From a virus (lineage: Duplodnaviria > Caudoviricetes), in the IMG/VR virus record IMGVR_UViG_3300020045_003743, positions 1 through 41,397 of that record: a DNA stretch of 41,397 bases; one strand, given 5' to 3'. Below the pieces are notes generated by a model. The model was not told where the DNA came from. It worked only from the letters and a program-made list of their open reading frames with translations, and ran no database searches. A program made the position numbers and the translations under genes. Shown here piece by piece: positions 37,684 through 41,397 of the stretch (its first letter is position 1; every line of letters starts with the position of its first letter).

Positions 37684-37739
37684 AAAACTTTAACATAAAA
37701 AGTTACGTTCATATATTATTTTTACTTAAATTTACAAGA

Positions 37740-37798
37740 AATCCGGCAAGATTGAATTTATCCCCCTTGTCACTTGCCGGTACTTGGGGGTTTTTTTT
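37740..37798 (+). ncRNA. Kissing-loop terminator leader C, upstream of the cassette array
   Basis: Loop CGGCAA is complementary to terminator loop TTGCCG. Confidence 0.6.
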
Positions 37799-37868
37799 AT
37801 TTCGGCTGCTGAAATATAGCTGTTGTTATATTCTCGGCTTTTTTTACTAACAAATAAAAATATATAAT

Positions 37869-38030
37869 ATGGAAGCACTATTAATTTTATCGATATTGGT
37901 AATTGGATTGTTAATTTATTTTGCAATAAATAACTGCAAAATAGAATTAAGATATAGAAATATACTACTAGAAGAACAAAATAAAATACTTAAAAACATA
38001 CAAAATGAAAACACTAAAAGAGCAAATTGA
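37869..38030 (+). CDS. Cassette 1: 53-aa membrane protein (not in ORF track)
   Basis: MEALLILSILVIGLLIYFAI hydrophobic helix. Confidence 0.55.
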   Translation: MEALLILSILVIGLLIYFAINNCKIELRYRNILLEEQNKILKNIQNENTKRAN

Positions 38031-38226
38031 GGAAGTAGATTTAATCCAAACAGGTTATGAAGATTTTTATATGAATTCTGATAAAATAGTTGAAGTGACA
38101 GAAAACTATTTAAATGAAAAAATAGATAAATTAATACAAAAAATAGAAGGAGAAACTTTAGCTCATTATGCTTATGAAGCAGTTATAGGTATGCTTGAAG
38201 ATTTAAAATATCAAGAACAAGAGTAG
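38005..38226 (+). CDS. Cassette 1: acidic hypothetical protein
   Basis: 73-aa ORF ending just before the cassette right end. Confidence 0.6.
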   Translation: MKTLKEQIEEVDLIQTGYEDFYMNSDKIVEVTENYLNEKIDKLIQKIEGETLAHYAYEAVIGMLEDLKYQEQE

Positions 38227-38254
38227 CTTTGGTTACAAAGTTGCTCAAGCTGGA

Positions 38255-38385
38255 ATATAACGTCCTGCGGCTTTGTGCAGGCGGGAAAATAAAACCCGAA
38301 TAATTAAATTAATCAATAATAATAAAAATATACCAAATGACTGAATTAAAAACTGATGCCCGCTTGCTAAAAACCGCTGTTATGC
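38255..38385 (+). repeat. attC-like site 1
   Basis: ATATAAC-gtcct-stem 38267-38285/38359-38377-t-GTTATGC. Confidence 0.8.
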
Positions 38386-38642
38386 CTCGTTTTTTTTGCA
38401 AAATATGTAATACGCACACAGGATGTAGTTATTATAATTTTGGTGTTTTGTGTGACGAAGAATTAAAATTTAAAAATAAAATTATGGAAACTTTTTACAG
38501 TAAGATTGATAGAAGATTGAAAGAGTTAAAACAAAAAAGAGAATTAGTAAAAAAATCTAATTTTTTAAACATTAACAAATCAGTTGAATTAAGAATATTA
38601 GACAGATGTATTGATGAATTAAACAATTTATTAGATAAATAA
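38337..38642 (+). CDS. Cassette 2 ORF starting inside attC-like site 1 (alternative start 38484)
   Basis: ATG 42 nt before GTT; CxxC...C...C segment. Confidence 0.55.
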   Translation: MTELKTDARLLKTAVMPRFFCKICNTHTGCSYYNFGVLCDEELKFKNKIMETFYSKIDRRLKELKQKRELVKKSNFLNINKSVELRILDRCIDELNNLLDK

Positions 38643-38645
38643 TTT

Positions 38646-39521
38646 ATGAAATTACAAGATAATAAAAATATATTTTGCTCCGTTTCGGCAGGTTATTCAA
38701 GCGTAATGATGGCAATTAAGATAAAAGAGTGGTATCCAGACCATAATATTATTTATGCAATGGCTAACGTATCAAAAGAAAGATCGGAAAGTTTAGATTT
38801 TATGAATAAATGTGATAAGTATTTCGGATTAAATATGACTTGGATAGAAGCTGTTTTTAATATGAAAAGCGGGGACGGTGTGGATTTTAAAATAGTTTAT
38901 TATGATGAATTAAAAAGAGATGGAGAAATATATGAGCAAGGAATAAAGAAACTAGGAATAGCATCAAAAATTAATCCTTGGTGCAATAGAGATATGAAAA
39001 TAGTACCATTGAAAAAATTCGCAGATAGCATTTTCGGATTAAATAATTATTCTATTGCGGTAGGACTTAGATCTGATGAGATGGATAGAGTAAAAGAGGC
39101 TTATCTAACTAATAATACTTTTTATCCTTTACTAGACAACGGAATCACAACTAAGGATAGAAATAAATTTTGGAAAGACAAACCAATACAAATAACAATT
39201 CCGGCTTATAAAGGTAATTGTGATATGTGCTTTAAGAAGTCAAACAGAAAGTTAATGACAATATTAAATGAAGAACCAAATATTATTGATTGGTGGGAAG
39301 AAATGACTATTAAGTATTCTAAAATTCCAATAGAAGGGAAAGACGCATATAATTATTATGCAGAAAATGGAGGAATGAATTTTTTCAGGAGCAATCTAAG
39401 TATTCCAGAATTAGTTAATATGGCAAGTGAGCCATTTAGAAAAGCAAATGACGAATACGTTTATGAAAATGATTTGTTTGATGTTGAGGAAGATTGCGGT
39501 TCTGGATGTGTAATTTTTTAG
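38646..39521 (+). CDS. Cassette 2: PAPS-reductase-like (PP-loop) protein
   Basis: SVSAGYSS, WCNRDMK, GLRSDE..R, GNCDMC and C-terminal CGSGC motifs. Confidence 0.8.
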   Translation: MKLQDNKNIFCSVSAGYSSVMMAIKIKEWYPDHNIIYAMANVSKERSESLDFMNKCDKYFGLNMTWIEAVFNMKSGDGVDFKIVYYDELKRDGEIYEQGIKKLGIASKINPWCNRDMKIVPLKKFADSIFGLNNYSIAVGLRSDEMDRVKEAYLTNNTFYPLLDNGITTKDRNKFWKDKPIQITIPAYKGNCDMCFKKSNRKLMTILNEEPNIIDWWEEMTIKYSKIPIEGKDAYNYYAENGGMNFFRSNLSIPELVNMASEPFRKANDEYVYENDLFDVEEDCGSGCVIF

Positions 39522-39543
39522 CACATAATTTCTGTAAAATGAG

Positions 39544-39674
39544 GCATAACGTTTGTCGCTTGTGGTAGTTGGGAAAAGGAAGCCCGAAACCTCGATTAAT
39601 CACTAATTTTTAAAAGTACAAAACAATGAATAAATTAAAGACTGAAACCCAATTACCACAAGCGATTGTTAGCC
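39544..39674 (+). repeat. attC-like site 2
   Basis: GCATAAC-gtttg-18-bp stem 39556-39573/39648-39665-tt-GTTAGCC. Confidence 0.85.
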
Positions 39675-40294
39675 GTCGTTCTTTTCGGATTGGAGAGCTT
39701 GTTAAATTTAATGTTATATCAGATGATTCAGATTATGCTTCTAATTGTTTTGGAGTAGAATCACAAAATGATTGGTTTGACATACAAGTATATCCCGAAG
39801 AAGTATTTGGAGAAATAGTTAAAAGAAATACTATTGAAATCATATATACCGATGGTAAACGTTCTGGAAAATTCTTTAAAATAAAAAATGGAATAATTGA
39901 AAACGAAGTAAATAAATTACTTCAAAAAAAATCAGAATACGATATATCTCTATCTCGAATATTTGATGGTAGTGATTTGAAAACGATTAAAGATTTTAAA
40001 AAAATAACAACAATTCCATTTATACAATTAACATCTTTAAGTAATAAAGGAAGTGTAGTAAATCCACCAAAAAAGAACGTATTAGTTCAAATAAGAAGAC
40101 CTTATGAATTAGGTTCTAAATTACTAGGATATTCAAAATACGAAGACGGAAAATGGAGTGATTTAGAAGACGTAGAGAACAACAGTGAACCAAAAATAAT
40201 TGACAATAATTGCTGGTGGTTTGCTGACTACAAATATGATACAAAAAGAATTTTCATAAACGGAAAAGTTTTCGTCGAAGATAGCGGTTTTTAG
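39626..40294 (+). CDS. Cassette 3 hypothetical protein; start codon lies inside attC-like site 2
   Basis: 222 aa with no internal Met; stop codon overlaps the cassette right end. Confidence 0.7.
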   Translation: MNKLKTETQLPQAIVSRRSFRIGELVKFNVISDDSDYASNCFGVESQNDWFDIQVYPEEVFGEIVKRNTIEIIYTDGKRSGKFFKIKNGIIENEVNKLLQKKSEYDISLSRIFDGSDLKTIKDFKKITTIPFIQLTSLSNKGSVVNPPKKNVLVQIRRPYELGSKLLGYSKYEDGKWSDLEDVENNSEPKIIDNNCWWFADYKYDTKRIFINGKVFVEDSGF

Positions 40295-40300
40295 AATGAC

Positions 40301-40432
40301 GGCTAACGTTTTGCTGGTAGGCGATGTGGTGGAGTGAAAAGCCAAAATACCGAGATTCAAGACAAATCTCGCAAAATTTACCAAACTTTAAATTAAGCCG
40401 AGTGCCACCATATTGCTTACCAGCTGTTATAT
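40301..40432 (+). repeat. attC-like site 3
   Basis: GGCTAAC-gtttt-20-bp stem 40313-40332/40405-40424-t-GTTATAT. Confidence 0.85.
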
Positions 40433-40478
40433 TCTCGGCTTTTTTTCTCATAATTATTAATTAAAAATACTAAATAAA

Positions 40479-40646
40479 ATGGAAAAAATACAATACGGAC
40501 AAGTAGTAACTGCTGATTTTTCAGAAAACACAATCACATTTGAAATGGATGAATATTTTACAATTTGTGCTGGAGAATTTGCGATTGTTACCGTTAAAAC
40601 TTTAGACCAAAAAATGAAATTAGAAGCTTTTTTAGAAACGTTATAA
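40479..40646 (+). CDS. Cassette 4: 55-aa hypothetical protein (not in ORF track)
   Basis: TAAATAAAATG start context; MEKIQYGQVV...FLETL*. Confidence 0.6.
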   Translation: MEKIQYGQVVTADFSENTITFEMDEYFTICAGEFAIVTVKTLDQKMKLEAFLETL

Positions 40647-40690
40647 AAACAGCGAGAGTAGCTTTCGCCAGAAAGTTGCTCGAAGCTGGA

Positions 40691-40823
40691 ATATAACGTC
40701 CTGCGGCTATGCGATGGTCGGGAAAAATAAATCCCGAACTTCAAATTTATCCTAAAATAACCAAGTACAAACTGATAATTAAATTAAAAAACTAACCCGA
40801 CTATTGCATAACCGCTGTTATGG
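40691..40823 (+). repeat. attC-like site 4
   Basis: ATATAAC-gtcct-20-bp stem 40703-40722/40796-40815-t-GTTATGG. Confidence 0.85.
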
Positions 40824-40855
40824 TGCGTTGTGGGTCGCTAAAACAAAAAGTTGTT

Positions 40856-41397
40856 ATGAATTTTATTGAACGCCCGAAAGAAACATTTAACAAAGTACGC
40901 TTTTTAGATTATTATATGGAATGCCACAAAGGTTTTATCGCTGGGGGTTGTTTCAAAAATATATTTAAAAATCAAAAAATAAAGGATTTGGATATTTTCT
41001 TTGAGAACGAAAAAGACTTTTTAGAAGCTGTTGAACATTTTAAAAGTAATGAAAATTACATTTTATCTTATGAAAACGACAATACAATATCGTACAAAAA
41101 TAAGAACACAAATATCAGAATTGAACTAATAAGAAATACTTACGGAACCGCTGAAGAAATTATTGCGAAGTTTGATTTTAGTATTACAAAATTTGCCTAC
41201 GCAAGAAAACAAGAACCCGAAGGAGTCATTTATTACAATTTACTGGTAGATACTTTCTTTGAAGATATGACAAATAACAAACTTGTTATTGATGGAGATT
41301 TACTTTATCCTATAAGCAGTTTTGAACGTTCATACAGATACCGAACTTATGGGTTTGGATTATGCAAAGAAAGTAAAGCAAAATTGATTGAAGCATT
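40856..41397 (+). CDS. Cassette 5: Pol-beta-superfamily nucleotidyltransferase-like protein (198 aa; wraps to 86)
   Basis: FIAGGCFKNIF...KDLDIFF (GG...DxD) and FDFSI motifs resembling CCA-adding/poly(A) polymerase head domains; missed by the ORF track because of the contig break. Confidence 0.78.
   Translation, partial: MNFIERPKETFNKVRFLDYYMECHKGFIAGGCFKNIFKNQKIKDLDIFFENEKDFLEAVEHFKSNENYILSYENDNTISYKNKNTNIRIELIRNTYGTAEEIIAKFDFSITKFAYARKQEPEGVIYYNLLVDTFFEDMTNNKLVIDGDLLYPISSFERSYRYRTYGFGLCKESKAKLIEA
41367..41397 (+). repeat. 31-bp direct terminal repeat (identical to 1-31)
   Basis: Exact match to the start of the window. Confidence 0.95.

Larger units (their letters stand above)
37825..41397 (+). 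mobile_element. Integron-like gene cassette array (5 cassettes; continues across the origin to 121)
   Basis: Cassette-specific GTTA.../...TAAC inverted ends and four attC-like hairpins. Confidence 0.8.

Noticed and set aside
40581-40590. GCGATTGTTA matching the end of attC-like site 2
   Set aside because: It lies inside the cassette 4 ORF with no stem or matching TAAC end; probably chance.
40163-40744. Minus-strand ORFs 40163-40384, 40254-40451 and 40457-40744
   Set aside because: They run through attC-like hairpins and oppose better plus-strand ORFs.
38255-40823. CRISPR array or simple REP repeats
   Set aside because: Units are ~130 bp, divergent, separated by whole genes, and have cassette-specific matched ends; no cas genes are present.
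37825-41397. Shufflon/invertible segments
   Set aside because: All cargo is co-oriented, the inverted ends differ per cassette, and no adjacent invertase is present. Not strictly excluded.

Overview
Complete circularly permuted genome (41,366 bp after removing a 31-bp terminal overlap) of an AT-rich temperate siphovirus-like phage. The host is probably Bacteroidota/Flavobacteriaceae, inferred from TAnnTTTG promoters, A-rich translation starts lacking Shine-Dalgarno motifs, and DUF3127/DUF6291-type genes. Gene order: terminases, portal, protease, HK97-type capsid, tail, tape measure, tailspike, lysis, tyrosine integrase with a tRNA-Ser-type attP, repressor/Cro switch, then recombination/replication genes. 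The most striking feature is an integron-like array of five gene cassettes (37825 across the origin to 121). Each cassette is bounded by its own 14-16 bp GTTA.../...TAAC inverted ends, and the cassettes are separated by four ~131-133 bp attC-like hairpins of non-canonical geometry. Two of these hairpins supply an in-frame ATG and 15-aa leader to the next cassette. No integron integrase is recognisable. Also notable: three promoter-proximal kissing-loop terminator leaders with different but co-varying loop sequences (one heads the cassette array), and a 17-bp TTACGTT-N3-RTATTA operator at about ten promoter regions. All protein calls are from motif recognition and synteny only; no searches were run.
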